Positions 62,557 through 64,000 of a stretch of 64,000 bases of DNA are shown piece by piece. The stretch covers positions 137,338,230 through 137,402,229 of the forward strand of contig NC_068981.1 of the NCBI RefSeq assembly GCF_001194135.2, written 5' to 3'. This DNA is from Octopus bimaculoides. Taxonomy: Eukaryota. How positions within the stretch are numbered: position 1 is the first letter of the stretch; each line of letters opens with the position of its first letter. Both the position numbers and the translations under genes were made by a program. Below the pieces are notes generated by a model, which did not search any database, was not told the origin of the DNA, and saw only the letters and a list, made by a program, of their open reading frames with translations.

Positions 62557-64000
62557 AATACATAATGAACGCACATAGAAACAAGCGAACTCGCAACATC
62601 CTTAAAACCAGGAATTTTTTCGCATCCCCTTGTAATACGTGTGTATCTGTGTATGCATGAGCATGCGCATGTGTGTATGTATGTGTATATAATCGTTCCA
62701 TGTCCATTGTCTATGCTGGCATGTGTTAGGCAGGTCATCAAAGTCCGATTCCGTTTTTGTAAGAGGTGTTTCAGACGAACGACATCGTTTGTATGGTCCA
62801 TTTTTGACATGTTTCCTACGATTGTATGCTCTCTTGCTTTACAGAGTATACTTAGTACATTTTTCCGTTGCAGCTGATTTATCAAATACTGTCGTAATGT
62901 CGACCGGTCAAGACTAAGATACGTGAGCACATAATTCTATTGTGTCAGAAATGCATATATCTTCTGTTTTTCACATCCCCACCTCCAAAGCTAGCGGTCC
63001 AGCAATAGGATCGGTAAAATAAGTACAAAAAGAGAAGTAAGTACTGGAGTCAATTTGTTCGACTGAAACCCTTCAAGAAGGCACTACACCCAACATGGTT
63101 GCAGCCCAATGACTGAAGCCTGTAATATATACATGAGTATATACATGAATATANNNNNNNNNNNNNNNNNNNNNNNNNNNNNNNNNNNNNNNNNNNNNNN
63201 NNNNNNNNNNNNNNNNNNNNNNNNNNNNNNNNNNNNNNNNNNNNNNNNNNNNNNNNNNNNNNNNNNNNNNNNNNNNNNNNNNNNNNNNNNNNNNNNNNNN
63301 NNNNNNNNNNNNNNNNNNNNNNNNNNNNNNNNNNNNNNNNNNNNNNNNNNNNNNNNNNNNNNNNNNNNNNNNNNNNNNNNNNNNNNNNNNNNNNNNNNNN
63401 NNNNNNNNNNNNNNNNNNNNNNNNNNNNNNNNNNNNNNNNNNNNNNNNNNNNNNNNNNNNNNNNNNNNNNNNNNNNNNNNNNNNNNNNNNNNNNNNNNNN
63501 NNNNNNNNNNNNNNNNNNNNNNNNNNNNNNNNNNNNNNNNNNNNNNNNNNNNNNNNNNNNNNNNNNNNNNNNNNNNNNNNNNNNNNNNNNNNNNNNNNNN
63601 NNNNNNNNNNNNNNNNNNNNNNNNNNNNNNNNNNNNNNNNNNNNNNNNNNNNNNNNNNNNNNNNNNNNNNNNNNNNNNNNNNNNNNNNNNNNNNNNNNNN
63701 NNNNNNNNNNNNNNNNNNNNNNNNNNNNNNNNNNNNNNNNNNNNNNNNNNNNNNNNNNNNNNNNNNNNNNNNNNNNNNNNNNNNNNNNNNNNNNNNNNNN
63801 NNNNNNNNNNNNNNNNNNNNNNNNNNNNNNNNNNNNNNNNNNNNNNNNNNNNNNNNNNNNNNNNNNNNNNNNNNNNNNNNNNNNATACAAAATCAAAATA
63901 AACAACAGGATATCAAGAAGTGGCGCAGTACGAAGGTTTCAAGCGGCTCCATTTAATTGAACAATGCAATTATTACATAAATTCAAATGCAGTGCTATCA

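Noticed and set aside
62720-62885. Minus-strand frame resembling a Tc1 HTH (RKNVLSILCKAREH)
   Set aside because: Similarity is too weak, and no matching TIR pair or catalytic region supports it.

Overview
AT-rich, repeat-saturated eukaryotic DNA with 11 N-gaps (about 5.5 kb), most flanked by microsatellites. From my recollection of the repeat families (no search run), it looks like coleoid cephalopod, probably Octopus, intergenic or intronic sequence. No intact host gene, tRNA, rRNA or CRISPR array can be supported, and the supplied ORFs are mostly microsatellite/gap artefacts or transposon debris. The window holds at least four tRNA-derived SINE families, labelled here A-D (my labels). DNA transposon remnants include two maT/DD37D, a Chapaev3 with intact ends and TAA TSD, mariner, pogo/Tigger-like and piggyBac-like MITEs, and a Helentron-type element. 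Retroelement remnants include RTE 5' and 3' ends, Penelope-like RT and GIY-YIG pieces, and a Tx1/L1-like ORF2 3' end. Also present are a 1.1-kb tandem duplication, a U2 snRNA 5' fragment and two hammerhead-like motifs. The best candidate for an undescribed system is a three-member retroposon group. A Tx1-like LINE (39.1-40.2 kb), an ORF1-only element with a CCHC knuckle but no RT/EN (37.5-39.1 kb; diverged relative at 14.4-15.1 kb) and a young subfamily of SINE-C all carry related 3' tails. Several of these insert at AGAA sites inside other SINEs, two with 18-bp TSDs. A second, more speculative oddity is the 45.6-47.1 kb block: inverted paralogous ORFs, a RING-like remnant, a 52-nt palindrome, and a 145-bp segment shared in inverted orientation with 51.4-51.6 kb.
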